From Alphaproteobacteria bacterium (GTDB lineage Bacteria > Pseudomonadota > Alphaproteobacteria > CACIAM-22H2): 64,000 nucleotides of DNA. Positions within the stretch are counted from its first letter, which is position 1, and each line of letters begins with the position of its first letter. Made by a program: the position numbers and the translations under genes. The stretch is taken from assembly GCA_036381615.1 (NCBI GenBank), contig DASVCL010000078.1, forward strand, positions 5,860-69,859, given 5' to 3'. The notes beneath the pieces were generated by a model. The model worked only from the letters and a program-made list of their open reading frames with translations. It made no database searches and had not been told where the DNA came from. Shown here piece by piece: positions 53,034 through 62,511 of the stretch.

Positions 53034-54121
53034 CAGCCGACCCTCCGGCGCCAGAGCGCGGCAAGCGTCGGCACCAGGCCCTTGGGCATAAAGATCATGA
53101 CGGCGATCAGGATCGCGCCGAGGGCAAGATGCTTGAAATCGTGGACTGCGGCGAGGACCTGCGGCAGTGCCGTCAGGATCGCGGCACCGACGACCGAGCC
53201 GAAGATGGAAGCCATGCCGCCCAGCACCACCATGGTCACGAACTCGATCGAACGCAGGAACCCGGCCTCGACTGGCGTCACGAACCGCTCCGCATGGGCG
53301 AACAGCGAACCGGCGATGCTCGCGAACACCGCCGAGACGACGAAGACCAGGACCTTGTACCGCGTGACGTCGATCCCGGTCGTCTCGGCGGCGACCTCGG
53401 AGCCGTGGAGCGCCCGCAGCGCCCGACCCATCGGCGATTCGACGAGGTTGAGCGCGAGCCACACCGCGAGCACCAGGACGATGCCCGAAATCCAGTACCA
53501 GGTGACCGCGCCGGTGAGGCGCCAGGGGCCGACCCAAAGGGCGGGCACGCTCATGCCGTCGGGACCGCCGGTCAGCGGAATCTCGCGGTTGATGATGATG
53601 GAGATGATGATGCCGAGCCCGAGCGTCGCCATCGCCAGATAGTGCCCCTTGAGGCGCAGGATCGGCCGCGCCACGAGGAAGGCGAGCACGCCCACCCCGA
53701 CGGCGCCGGCGAGCATGGCGACGAGCCCGGGCCAGCCGAACCGCGCCGTCAGGATCGCGGAGGCATAGCCGCCGAGCGCGAAGAATCCGGCGTGCCCGAG
53801 GCTGATCTGGCCGGCATAACCGATCAGCAGGTTCAACCCGACGCAGACGATGGCATGCAGCGCCGTCTTGATCGCGACATCGAAATAGAAGTTGTTCGGC
53901 AGGAACAGGGGCAGGATCGCCACGATAGCGGCGAGCAGCAGGACCCCGCCGGTTCGCGCGGAAAAGAGCCATGCGCCGACCGTTCGGACGGGGCGGATGT
54001 CGTCCTGACCCGGCCCTTCCCCCGTCGAGGCAAAGGAGGCGAGAGGTGCATCCTTCGAACCCCCGTGCCCCTTGCCGGCGACGGACAGGTTGAAGGGTGA
54101 TTTCTGCGCGCGATCGCCCAT
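53033..54121 (-). CDS. HAAT ABC transporter permease, LivM-like, with a hydrophilic N-terminal region
   Basis: Multi-TM with NLLIGYAGQISLGHAGFFALGGY. Start at the ATG at 54119-54121, just downstream of the LivH-like stop at 54126. Confidence 0.85.
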   Translation of the reverse strand: MGDRAQKSPFNLSVAGKGHGGSKDAPLASFASTGEGPGQDDIRPVRTVGAWLFSARTGGVLLLAAIVAILPLFLPNNFYFDVAIKTALHAIVCVGLNLLIGYAGQISLGHAGFFALGGYASAILTARFGWPGLVAMLAGAVGVGVLAFLVARPILRLKGHYLAMATLGLGIIISIIINREIPLTGGPDGMSVPALWVGPWRLTGAVTWYWISGIVLVLAVWLALNLVESPMGRALRALHGSEVAAETTGIDVTRYKVLVFVVSAVFASIAGSLFAHAERFVTPVEAGFLRSIEFVTMVVLGGMASIFGSVVGAAILTALPQVLAAVHDFKHLALGAILIAVMIFMPKGLVPTLAALWRRRVG

Positions 54122-54125
54122 CGTG

Positions 54126-54998
54126 TCACACCCGCTCCGCACCCTTCGCGCCGAACAGGCCGCTCGGCATGAAGAACAGCACGCCCAGAATGATCACGAA
54201 GGCGACGGCGTCCTTGTAGGCGGAACTGACATAACCGGCCGCCATCGCCTCGATGACGCCGAGTACGATTCCGCCCGCCACGGCGCCGAAACTGCTTCCC
54301 AGACCGCCGAGGATGGCAGCGGCGAATCCCTTGAGCCCCAGCATGATGCCGATGTCGTACTTGGTAAGCGTGATCGGTGCCGTCAGAATACCCGCAAGCG
54401 CGCCGAGACCCGCAGCCAGGCCGAAGCTGACCAGCAGGATGGTCCGGACCTCGATCCCGACGAGCTGAGCCGCGATCCGGTTGTGCGAGGTCGCGAGCAC
54501 CGCCTTGCCGAGGCGCGTGTGCTCGAAGAACCATTTGAGCCCGGCGACGACGACGACGAGCGCGCCGATGATCCACAGGCTCTGCTGCTGCAGCGCGGCA
54601 CCTCCGATCATGATCGGCGCGTCGCCCGAAAATCCAGGCAGGCGATGGAAGTCCTTGCCGAGCGTCACCTCGACGGCGCCGCGGATGAAGATCGACGCGC
54701 CGATGGTGATGATGATCAGCGTCACGACGGTGGCATCGCGCGCCGGCTCCACCGCGAACTTCTCGAGGATCAGGCCCACCGCAACGACGATGCAGACCGC
54801 GAGCGGCACGGCGACGAACAGCGGCAGGCCGGCCGCCATCAGGAACACCGTGCCCATCCCGCCCAGCATGACGAACTCGCCCTGGGCGAAGTTGATGACG
54901 TGACTTGCGTTATAGATGATCGAGAACCCGAGCCCGACCAGCGCGTAAATCGCGCCGACGGTGATGCCGGACAACAGGAACTGCAGGAATTCGGCCAC
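54126..54998 (-). CDS. HAAT ABC transporter permease, LivH-like
   Basis: (M)AEFLQFLLSGITVGAIYALVGLGFSIIYNAS. GTG start after GGGAG. Confidence 0.9.
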   Translation of the reverse strand: MAEFLQFLLSGITVGAIYALVGLGFSIIYNASHVINFAQGEFVMLGGMGTVFLMAAGLPLFVAVPLAVCIVVAVGLILEKFAVEPARDATVVTLIIITIGASIFIRGAVEVTLGKDFHRLPGFSGDAPIMIGGAALQQQSLWIIGALVVVVAGLKWFFEHTRLGKAVLATSHNRIAAQLVGIEVRTILLVSFGLAAGLGALAGILTAPITLTKYDIGIMLGLKGFAAAILGGLGSSFGAVAGGIVLGVIEAMAAGYVSSAYKDAVAFVIILGVLFFMPSGLFGAKGAERV

Positions 54999-55035
54999 TC
55001 GACGGCTCCCGCTTTTCGCCCTACCCCCACCCCAG

Positions 55036-55134
55036 CCCCTCCCCCGCGAGCGGGAGAGGGGTGTTTGGAGCGCGGCTTGAAGTCCCTCTCCCGCCTAAGC
55101 GGGAGAGGAAGGTGCCCGCGGCGACGCCGCGGGC
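55036..55134. repeat. Three consecutive GC-rich stem-loops (REP-like) in the binding-protein/permease intercistronic spacer
   Basis: 55036-55061: CCCCTCCCCCGC-GA-GCGGGAGAGGGG (1 mismatch). 55086-55109: CCTCTCCCGC-CTAA-GCGGGAGAGG (perfect 10-bp stem). 55114-55134: GCCCGCGGC-GAC-GCCGCGGGC (9-bp stem). Confidence 0.75.
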
Positions 55135-55151
55135 GGGTGAGGGTGATCGAT

Positions 55152-56312
55152 CTACTCGATCAGCTTCCAGGTGTTGTTGCGCACTTCGACCATTTTGAAC
55201 GAGTCGAGCGACAGGCCCATGTGGTCGTTGGGCGACATGTTGTAGATGCCGTCCGCGCCGATGAAGCGCTTCGTCTTCTCGATCTCGTCGCGGACCTTCG
55301 CCTTGTCGGTGCCGCCGGCGCGCTTGATCGCCTCAAGCGCGATATGCAGCCCGTCAAAGGCGTGACCGCCGAAGCCGGAGACCGGCTGGTTGTAGGCCGC
55401 GCGATACGCCTTGACGTAACCGAGCGAAACCTCGCGCTGCGGGTCGCCGGCCGGCAGCTGCTCGGCGACCAGAAGCGCGGGCACCGGCAGGCGGATGCCC
55501 TCGGCCCCACCGCCGGCACCGTCGATGAACTGCTGCGAGGCGACGCCGTGGTTGAAGTAGAACGGAATGTTGGTCATCCCGAGCTGCTTCCAGTTGCGCG
55601 CCGTGATCGAGGTCGGCGCGCCGAAGCCGCAGCCGAAGATCGCCTGCACGCCCGGCGTGTTCTTGATCTTGGTGAGCTGCGGCGACATGTCGGTGTCGGT
55701 CGGCGCGTAGGTCTCGTCGGCGACGATCTTCATGCCCCACTTCGGCGCCATCGCGTGGGCCTCCTTGCGGCAGGACTGATCGAAGCCGCCGGAGCCGCCG
55801 ATGACGGCGACGTTGGTCAAGTTCCGCTTCTTCATGTCCTCGTACGCCTTCTCGACCGCCATGCGGTCGGAGTGCGGCATCTTGAAGACCCATTTCTTCA
55901 CGGGTTCGACGATGACGTTGGCGCCGGCAAGCGAGATGAACGGGATCTCCTCTTCCGTGGCGATCGGCACCACCGCCATGGTCTCGCCGGTCGTGCTGCC
56001 GCCGATGAGGATGTCGACCTGGTCCTCCTCGATCAGGCGGCGCGCGAAGGTCGTCGCCTGCTTGGCGTCGCCGGCGCTGTCATAGATCACCAGCTCGAGC
56101 TTGCGGCCGAGGATCCCCCCCTCCTTGTTGATCTTGTCGACGTAGAGGCGAAGCGTCTTGGCCTCGGGGTCACCCAGGAACGAGGCAGGCCCGGTGACTG
56201 CCAGGAACGAGCCGATCTTGATCGGCTTCTGCGCCTGCGCGTCGGGTGCGAAGGTGAATGCCGCCCCCGCAGCGAGGATCGCCAGCACATGGCGACGGGA
56301 CAATCTCATCAT
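55152..56312 (-). CDS. Periplasmic substrate-binding protein, Leu/Ile/Val-binding family
   Basis: Signal peptide MMRLSRRHVLAILAAGAAFTFAPDAQA. SD GAGGGAGG. Confidence 0.88.
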   Translation of the reverse strand: MMRLSRRHVLAILAAGAAFTFAPDAQAQKPIKIGSFLAVTGPASFLGDPEAKTLRLYVDKINKEGGILGRKLELVIYDSAGDAKQATTFARRLIEEDQVDILIGGSTTGETMAVVPIATEEEIPFISLAGANVIVEPVKKWVFKMPHSDRMAVEKAYEDMKKRNLTNVAVIGGSGGFDQSCRKEAHAMAPKWGMKIVADETYAPTDTDMSPQLTKIKNTPGVQAIFGCGFGAPTSITARNWKQLGMTNIPFYFNHGVASQQFIDGAGGGAEGIRLPVPALLVAEQLPAGDPQREVSLGYVKAYRAAYNQPVSGFGGHAFDGLHIALEAIKRAGGTDKAKVRDEIEKTKRFIGADGIYNMSPNDHMGLSLDSFKMVEVRNNTWKLIE

Positions 56313-56505
56313 AGTCGTCAGCCTCCCTCGAATTCTGAGCTATATAGTTGCACTTGTAACTAACTCGCGCGCCCCCTGTCCAGCGGGCTCGATCCGCGAT
56401 CATAGGAAGTGCCCCCGCACGATGTCCATGAACGGCCGCCGCCTGTTCCATGACACGACCGTAGCGTTAAGATTTCGTGGGCGATGCCCCTCAATGGAGT
56501 GATAC

Positions 56506-57174
56506 GTGTCCCGCATCACGGCCGAAACCTGGCGGCTTCCCGACGACCTCGCCGGCCCCTGGCTGCGCGCGACGCATCTCGGCCGGCGCATCCACCGCGC
56601 CAAGGGGACGGTCCTTTACGAGCAGGGCGAGGTCTCGTCGCGCTTCTGGTTCGTTCTGGCCGGCCAGGTCAAAGTCTCGATGCTCCGCGCCAGCGGCGAG
56701 GAAGTCATCCTCGAGATCATGGGCCGCGGCGCACTCTGCGGCGAGGGGGCGGCCTTCGACGGCATCCCCCGATTCTCCACCGGCACCGTCTGGCGCGATG
56801 CAGAGCTGATCGAGTTCGACGCGACCAGGCTGCGCGACGCCTTCCGCGACGACCCTGATCTCGCGTTGTCGCTGCTCCGCATTACCGGCCTGAAGCAGCG
56901 CGTGCTCGCGGTGCGGCTGGAGCGCGCCTACGCCCCATCGCCCGAGGGCCGAATCGGCGAGTTCCTGCTTCGACTCGGCGAGCTCTACGCCAAGCCGACA
57001 CGCGAGGGGAAGCTGATCCAGGTCTACCTCACGCACGAGCAGATCGCCGCGATCACCGGCACCTCGCGCGTGACGGTGACGCGCGCGCTCAGCCGCTTGA
57101 AGAAGTCCGGCGCGATCGGCGTGCGCGACGGCCTGATCCACGTCCTCGATGCCGACGCCCTCCGGCGCACCTGA
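56506..57174 (+). CDS. Crp/Fnr-family transcriptional regulator
   Basis: cNMP-binding-like beta-roll plus the C-terminal HTH THEQIAAITGTSRVTVTRALSRLKKSG. No N-terminal Cys cluster, so not FNR proper. GTG start after GGAG. Confidence 0.85.
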   Translation: MSRITAETWRLPDDLAGPWLRATHLGRRIHRAKGTVLYEQGEVSSRFWFVLAGQVKVSMLRASGEEVILEIMGRGALCGEGAAFDGIPRFSTGTVWRDAELIEFDATRLRDAFRDDPDLALSLLRITGLKQRVLAVRLERAYAPSPEGRIGEFLLRLGELYAKPTREGKLIQVYLTHEQIAAITGTSRVTVTRALSRLKKSGAIGVRDGLIHVLDADALRRT

Positions 57175-57208
57175 CCACCGGCCGCCGCGCCGGCCCTCCT
57201 AACCGGCA

Positions 57209-57224
57209 TGTATCCCGCGATACA
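57209..57224. promoter_or_regulatory. TGTAT-N6-ATACA inverted repeat with CRP-site geometry, candidate site for the adjacent Crp-family regulator
   Basis: TGTATCCCGCGATACA read directly, about 50 bp upstream of the ridA ATG. Confidence 0.4.
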
Positions 57225-57274
57225 GACCGCCGGCCGGATTCCCGTTATCTGTCACCGACCGAAGGAGATGAGGA

Positions 57275-57667
57275 ATGAACAAGTCCCATAATCCAGGCAC
57301 CATCGCGCCGCCTTTCCGCAACATCTATTCCCACGGCATCGAAGTGCCGGCGGGCGCCCGCACGCTATGGATCTCGGGCCAGGTCGGCACGAAGCCGGAC
57401 GGATCGATCGCACCGGACTGCGCCGGGCAGGCCGAGCAGATCATGCAGAACATCGGCGCGATCCTCGCCGAGGCCGGCATGAGCTTTGCCGACCTCGTCA
57501 AGATCAACGCCTATCTCGTGCGTGCGGAAGACATCGCGACCTTCGCCCCCATTCGCGCCAAGTATCTCGCCGGCGCCAAGCCGGCGATGACGACGGTGGT
57601 GGTGACCGCCCTCGCCCAGCCGTCGTGGCTGATCGAGGTCGAGGCCGTCGCCGCGAAGTCCGGCTAG
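57275..57667 (+). CDS. RidA/YjgF/TdcF family (reactive-intermediate deaminase-like) protein
   Basis: 130 aa; ...LWISGQVG...VKINAYL...PAMTTVVV...IEVEAVA. SD AAGGAGATGAGGA. Confidence 0.85.
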   Translation: MNKSHNPGTIAPPFRNIYSHGIEVPAGARTLWISGQVGTKPDGSIAPDCAGQAEQIMQNIGAILAEAGMSFADLVKINAYLVRAEDIATFAPIRAKYLAGAKPAMTTVVVTALAQPSWLIEVEAVAAKSG

Positions 57668-57691
57668 GCGGTATCGAGGTAGGAGCGGGCG

Positions 57692-58924
57692 ATGACCGGC
57701 GCCAGACCTCTCGTCGGAGACTCACCTCTCCCGCCGCCGGCTGCGCCCGTGCCCGATGAACTCATCGCGCGCGCCCGCGCGCTGGTCCCCGTCCTGCGGC
57801 AGCGTGCGGCCGCGTGCGAGGCGGAAAAGCGCATCCCCGATGACACGGTGCGCGACCTCGTCGAGGCAGGCTTCTTCCGCATCACCATGCCGAGAAGCGC
57901 CGGCGGCTATGCGATGCGCCCCTCCGTGCTGTGGGCCGTAGCGCGCGAGATCGGCCGCGGCTGCGGCTCGACCGCATGGATCATGAGTCTCCTGGGCCTT
58001 CACCCGTGGCTCGTCGGCATGTTCGCACCCGAGGCGCAGCGCGACGTGTTCGCCGACGGCGACGCCATCGTGCCGGTGCTGACGGGCGGCGTCGGCCGCG
58101 ACATCACGGTCACGCCCGTCCCCGGCGGCTATGAGGTCAGCGGCCTGTGGCGCTACGCATCGGGCATCGACATCGCGACCTGGGTGATCGCGATGGTGCC
58201 GGTGCCCGTACCGGGCGCCGACGCCCCGGTACCGCACCTGATCCTCGTGCCGCAGCGCGAATTCGCCATCGACCATACGAGCTGGAACGTGCTGGGCATG
58301 CGCGGCACGGGCAGCAAGGACGTGCGGCTGACGCGCGCCTTCGTACCGGCGCACCGCACAATCTCGTGGGTGGACGCGCAGCGCGGCATCTATCCCGGCG
58401 CCCCGCTCAACCGGGAACCCACCTATCGCGCGCCGCTCAACGGCCTGTTCGCGATGTCGACGGCGGCCGCCGTCGTCGGCGTCGCAAGCGGCGCCGTCGA
58501 TCACTTCCTCGACGCCGTCAAGAGCCGCGTCATCGTCGGCACGGGCCGGCGCCAGATCGAGGACACGCCGACCCATATCCTGACGGGCGAGTGCGCAGCG
58601 CAAGTGCACATGGCGTTCGCGCTGCTGATGCACGACGTCGACGAGATGTACGACACCGCGGCGGCCGGTGCCACGTTCGCACTGGAGACGCGGGCGCGCT
58701 ATCGCATGGACGCCGCGCTCATCTCGCGCACCGCGCTTGCCGCCGCCGACCGCCTGTTCAACGCCATCGGCGGCAGCCTGCTGCCGACGGGCACGCCGCT
58801 CGAGCGCTGCTTCCGCGACATCCACGCGATGGCATCGCATTTTCTGCTGCAGCCGGAGCCGGCCGGCGAACTCTACGGTCGCACCCTGCTCGGCCTCGAC
58901 CTGCCCCCAGGCGCCCGGATATAG
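57692..58924 (+). CDS. Acyl-CoA-dehydrogenase-fold flavin-dependent monooxygenase (group D, HsaA/HpaB-C2/DszC-like)
   Basis: 410 aa. N-terminus LVPVLRQRAAACEAEKRIPDDTVRDLVEAGFFRITMPRSAGGY is typical of the oxygenase components. No ACAD catalytic-base motif recognised. Confidence 0.7.
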   Translation: MTGARPLVGDSPLPPPAAPVPDELIARARALVPVLRQRAAACEAEKRIPDDTVRDLVEAGFFRITMPRSAGGYAMRPSVLWAVAREIGRGCGSTAWIMSLLGLHPWLVGMFAPEAQRDVFADGDAIVPVLTGGVGRDITVTPVPGGYEVSGLWRYASGIDIATWVIAMVPVPVPGADAPVPHLILVPQREFAIDHTSWNVLGMRGTGSKDVRLTRAFVPAHRTISWVDAQRGIYPGAPLNREPTYRAPLNGLFAMSTAAAVVGVASGAVDHFLDAVKSRVIVGTGRRQIEDTPTHILTGECAAQVHMAFALLMHDVDEMYDTAAAGATFALETRARYRMDAALISRTALAAADRLFNAIGGSLLPTGTPLERCFRDIHAMASHFLLQPEPAGELYGRTLLGLDLPPGARI

Positions 58925-58951
58925 GCGCGCCCGGGTGTAGGCGGACGGCGG

Positions 58952-59428
58952 TCAGCCGCGCCCGCGATAGGGCGCAACGCCCTGGTCCGGCAGCCACAGG
59001 CCCTTGGGCGGCGCGCCGGTCTGCCAGAAGACGTCGATCGGCATGCCGCCGCGCGGATACCAGTAGCCGCCGATACGCAGCCATTTCGGCTTGAGAAGAT
59101 CGACCAGTCGTCGCCCGATCGTGAGCGTGCAGTCCTCGTGAAAGGCGCCGTGATTGCGGAACGCACCGAGGTAGAGCTTGAGCGACTTGCTCTCGACCAG
59201 CCACTTGCCCGGCGCATAGTCGATCACGAGATGCGCGAAGTCGGGCTGCGACGTGATCGGGCACATCGACGTGAACTCCGGCGCGGTGAAGCGCACGAGA
59301 TAGAGCGCATCGGGATGCGGGTTCGGCACCCGCTCCAGCACCGCGTCCTCGGGCCGCGCGGGCGGCGCGATCTTGCGTCCGAGCTGTGTCAGTCCGGCAT
59401 AGATGTCGTTTCGGCGCCGCGGCGGCAT
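58952..59428 (-). CDS. queF: NADPH-dependent 7-cyano-7-deazaguanine (preQ0) reductase QueF, unimodular type
   Basis: [14 protein letters not shown] (catalytic Cys) and the QueF motif [10 protein letters not shown]. Start re-picked at 59428 (MPPRRRND). Confidence 0.88.
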   Translation of the reverse strand: MPPRRRNDIYAGLTQLGRKIAPPARPEDAVLERVPNPHPDALYLVRFTAPEFTSMCPITSQPDFAHLVIDYAPGKWLVESKSLKLYLGAFRNHGAFHEDCTLTIGRRLVDLLKPKWLRIGGYWYPRGGMPIDVFWQTGAPPKGLWLPDQGVAPYRGRG

Positions 59429-59588
59429 CGATTGTTCCTTACAAGAATCGGGCGCCGAAAATACGCCGGCTTGGCGCCGCGTGGAAGCGGACACCGGGCC
59501 GGTCGAGCGTGAAGGCGCTGGCGGCGCCAACCGCGACCCCGATCGGGAGGCAGCGCGGGCCGGCGTCCCGACTCCCGAACGCGCCGGA

Positions 59589-60725
59589 CTATTTACCTTC
59601 GGCCGTGTCGGTGCCGTTGCCGGTACCCTGCCGGCGTTCGAACTCGGCGATGAACTGGCCGAGGCAGCCGGCCGCGATCGCGTCGCGCAGGTCCGCCATC
59701 AGATCCTGATAGTAGGTCAGGTTGTGGCGCGTGAGCAGCATGAGGCCGAGGATCTCGTCGGCCTTGAACAGGTGATGCAGGTAGGCGCGCGAGAACCGCG
59801 TGCAGGCGGGACAGCGGCATTCGGGATCGAGCGGACCCTTGTCCTCCGCATGGCGCGCGTTGCGCAGGTTGAGCGTGCCGGTGCGCGTGAAGGCTTGCGC
59901 CGTGCGCCCGGAGCGGGTCGGCAGCACGCAATCGAACATATCAATACCGCGCGCCACCGCGGCGACGATGTCGTGCGGCTTGCCGACGCCCATAAGATAG
60001 CGTGGCCGGTCCTGGGGCAGGAACGGTTCGGTCGCCTCGAGCGTGCGGCACATGAGCTCGAACCCCTCGCCCACCGCGAGCCCGCCGACCGCGTAGCCGT
60101 CGAAGCCGATGGCCGTCAACGTCTTTGCCGACTCCTCGCGCAGGTCCGGATAGACGCTACCCTGCACGATGCCGAAGATGCCGTAGCCGGGCCGCTCCAC
60201 GAAGGCGGCGCGCGAGCGCTCGGCCCAGCGCATCGACAGGCGCATCGACTGCGCCGCCTCGGCTTCGGTCGCTGGATAGGGCGTGCACTCGTCGAAGGCC
60301 ATGGTGATGTCGGCGTCGAGCAGGCGTTGGATCTCGATCGAGCGCTCGGGCGACAGCACGTGGCGCGAGCCGTCGAGATGCGATTGGAAGGTGACGCCAT
60401 GCTCGTCGATCTTGCGCAGCGCCGACAACGACATGACCTGATAGCCACCGGAGTCGGTCAGGATCGGCAACGGCCAGTTCATGAACTCGTGCAGGCCGCC
60501 CAGCCGCGCCACGCGTTCCGCGCCGGGCCGCAGCATCAGGTGATAGGTATTGCACAGCAGGATCTGCGCGCCGGTCGCGCGCACGTCCTCGGGCATCACG
60601 GCCTTCACCGTCGCGGCCGTGCCGACCGGCATGAAGGCCGGCGTGTCGATCACGCCGCGACCGGTGATGACCCGGCCCCGGCGAGCCTTGCCGTCGCGCG
60701 CCAGGAGTTCGAACCCGAGCGACAT
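59589..60725 (-). CDS. tgt: tRNA-guanine transglycosylase (queuine tRNA-ribosyltransferase)
   Basis: [47 protein letters not shown], zinc site CxCxxC...H ([16 protein letters not shown]). ATG at 60725 after AAGGA. Confidence 0.92.
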   Translation of the reverse strand: MSLGFELLARDGKARRGRVITGRGVIDTPAFMPVGTAATVKAVMPEDVRATGAQILLCNTYHLMLRPGAERVARLGGLHEFMNWPLPILTDSGGYQVMSLSALRKIDEHGVTFQSHLDGSRHVLSPERSIEIQRLLDADITMAFDECTPYPATEAEAAQSMRLSMRWAERSRAAFVERPGYGIFGIVQGSVYPDLREESAKTLTAIGFDGYAVGGLAVGEGFELMCRTLEATEPFLPQDRPRYLMGVGKPHDIVAAVARGIDMFDCVLPTRSGRTAQAFTRTGTLNLRNARHAEDKGPLDPECRCPACTRFSRAYLHHLFKADEILGLMLLTRHNLTYYQDLMADLRDAIAAGCLGQFIAEFERRQGTGNGTDTAEGK

Positions 60726-60937
60726 CCGCACGTCCTTTCGTCGTGTGACCGGTTACCGGTGCGCCAAGCCGGGCGCCGCACGAAGGCCGGAGAAACGCCG
60801 GGTCCGTACGCTGGGACGCGAAAGATGCCCGGGCGCGGCGGATTGGCGATCACGGCAGCGCCCCTCAAGGAACAGCACGAACGTCACGGGATCGAACATC
60901 GGCACCTCGCGATTGGAAAGGCGGCCCGGCCGGCGCC

Positions 60938-61105
60938 CTAGCGGCGAATGATGTGAACGAGAATGCCGCCGAGCGCGCCGATGATTCCGGCGAACAGCAG
61001 GCGGACGACCATGGCGAACTCCCCGCCGCCGATGCGCGGCGCGAAGTCCTGAAGCAGAAGAACGAGAATTCCGGCAACAGCCCCGGTGATGATGGCTTCC
61101 TTCAT
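60938..61105 (-). CDS. Hypothetical 55-aa two-TM membrane protein between queA and tgt; uncertain
   Basis: MKEAIITGAVAGILVLLLQDFAPRIGGGEFAMVVRLLFAGIIGALGGILVHIIRR. Coding-like GC3 by hand count, with a G-rich SD-like stretch upstream. Confidence 0.4.
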   Translation of the reverse strand: MKEAIITGAVAGILVLLLQDFAPRIGGGEFAMVVRLLFAGIIGALGGILVHIIRR

Positions 61106-61238
61106 GAACCCCCCAGGCAAAAAGGCCAACGATCTAGCATCGATGCCGCATGCCGCGAAACCCCAACGGCGCGGCATTCGAACCACGAAGAACGCGAAGA
61201 ACACAAAGACGAAGTCCGGCCGCCCTGCGCGTATCCGA

Positions 61239-62291
61239 TCATGATTCCCCGTCGTGGCCGCGCAATGCATCCGCGCGGTGAAGGAGGCAGGCATCGCCGT
61301 AGGAGAAGAAGCGGTAGCCCTGCGCCACGGCATGCGCGTAAGCGGCCTTCATCCGCTCCAGCCCCGAGAATGCCGCGACCAGCATGAACAGCGTCGACTT
61401 CGGCAGGTGGAAATTGGTCAGCAGCAGGTCCACGGCACGGAAACGGAAGCCGGGCAGGATGTAAAGCCGCGTCTCGCCCTGCCACGGCACCAGCCGGCCG
61501 GTGTCGCGCGCCACGGTCTCGAGCACGCGCAGCGCGGTGGTTCCGACCGCCACGACCCGCCCGCCGCGTTCCCGCGCGGCGTCGATCGCCGCGACGGTCG
61601 CGGGCGGCAGCTCGCCCCACTCCGCGTGCATCTCGTGCTTCTCCACGTCCTCGGTCTTTACCGGCAGGAACGTGCCGGCGCCGACATGGAGCGTCACCGG
61701 CGCGCGCACGATGCCGGCCGCATCCAGCGCCTCGATCAGGGTCGGCGTGAAATGGAGCCCCGCCGTCGAGGCGGCGACGGCACCTTCGCGCACGCCCCAG
61801 ACGGTCTGGTAGCTCTGCTCGTCCGCGACATCGGCGCGGCCGCCCCGGATGTAGGGCGGCAACGGCATGCGGCCGTAGCGCGTGAGTGCCGGCATGATGC
61901 CGTCCGGCGCCGACAGGGCGAGGGTGATCTCGCCGCCCTCGCCCTTTGCCGCGACGGTTGCAGTGAAATCCGGCGCGAACACGATGAGATCGCCGACCCG
62001 AAGCTTCTTCGCCGGCCGCGCGAAGGCGCGCCACGTCGCCTCGTCGACACGCTGGTGCAGCGTGACCTCGACACGCGCGTCGCCACGCCTGCCGTCGAGC
62101 CGCGCCTTGATGACGCGGGTGTCGTTGTAGACGAGCACGTCGCCCGCGCGGAGCAGGCGCGGCAGATCGCGCATCGTGTGATCGGCGAGCGTCTCGCCGA
62201 CCTCCAACAGGCGGGCCTGATCGCGCGGCTCGACCGGCCGCTGCGCGATCAGCGCCGCCGGCAGTTCGAAATCGAAGTCGGACAGCTTCAC
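61239..62291 (-). CDS. queA: S-adenosylmethionine:tRNA ribosyltransferase-isomerase
   Basis: (M)[28 protein letters not shown]...[20 protein letters not shown] start. Confidence 0.92.
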   Translation of the reverse strand: MKLSDFDFELPAALIAQRPVEPRDQARLLEVGETLADHTMRDLPRLLRAGDVLVYNDTRVIKARLDGRRGDARVEVTLHQRVDEATWRAFARPAKKLRVGDLIVFAPDFTATVAAKGEGGEITLALSAPDGIMPALTRYGRMPLPPYIRGGRADVADEQSYQTVWGVREGAVAASTAGLHFTPTLIEALDAAGIVRAPVTLHVGAGTFLPVKTEDVEKHEMHAEWGELPPATVAAIDAARERGGRVVAVGTTALRVLETVARDTGRLVPWQGETRLYILPGFRFRAVDLLLTNFHLPKSTLFMLVAAFSGLERMKAAYAHAVAQGYRFFSYGDACLLHRADALRGHDGES

Positions 62292-62472
62292 GGGACGTCG
62301 GGACAGCTACGGACACAAATGACAGGTGAACCGGCGGCGTAACAGGGGGCGGGCCACCGCGCCCGTTCTAGCCGGCCGGGAGCGCGCGGTCATCTGCGCA
62401 GCGTACGGCCAAGCCGCATCTTCAGTACAGGCATGCATTCGCCGCGGGTTGCCCTGTGGCCAGGCGGGGTAT

Positions 62473-62490
62473 ATATGTGTGTATCCATAT
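62473..62490. promoter_or_regulatory. ATATG-N8-CATAT inverted repeat in an AT-rich island, candidate MarR operator/promoter
   Basis: Read directly in gtATATATGTGTGTATCCATATCATAAGCAAGCATATTATTcc, immediately upstream of the marR ATG at 62512. Confidence 0.35.
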
Positions 62491-62511
62491 CATAAGCAAG
62501 CATATTATTCC

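Noticed and set aside
56345-56362. Imperfect palindrome TAGTTGCACTTGTAACTA in the binding-protein/crp divergent spacer, considered as an FNR/CRP box.
   Set aside because: Only the outer TAGTT/AACTA arms pair. It matches neither TTGAT-N4-ATCAA nor the TGTAT-N6-ATACA site found downstream of crp. The evidence is too weak to call.
59429-59588. Possible preQ1 riboswitch in the 160-nt tgt-queF spacer.
   Set aside because: I could not find the conserved preQ1-I/II core features by eye; the region is GC-rich with only generic palindromes. A covariance-model scan would be decisive.
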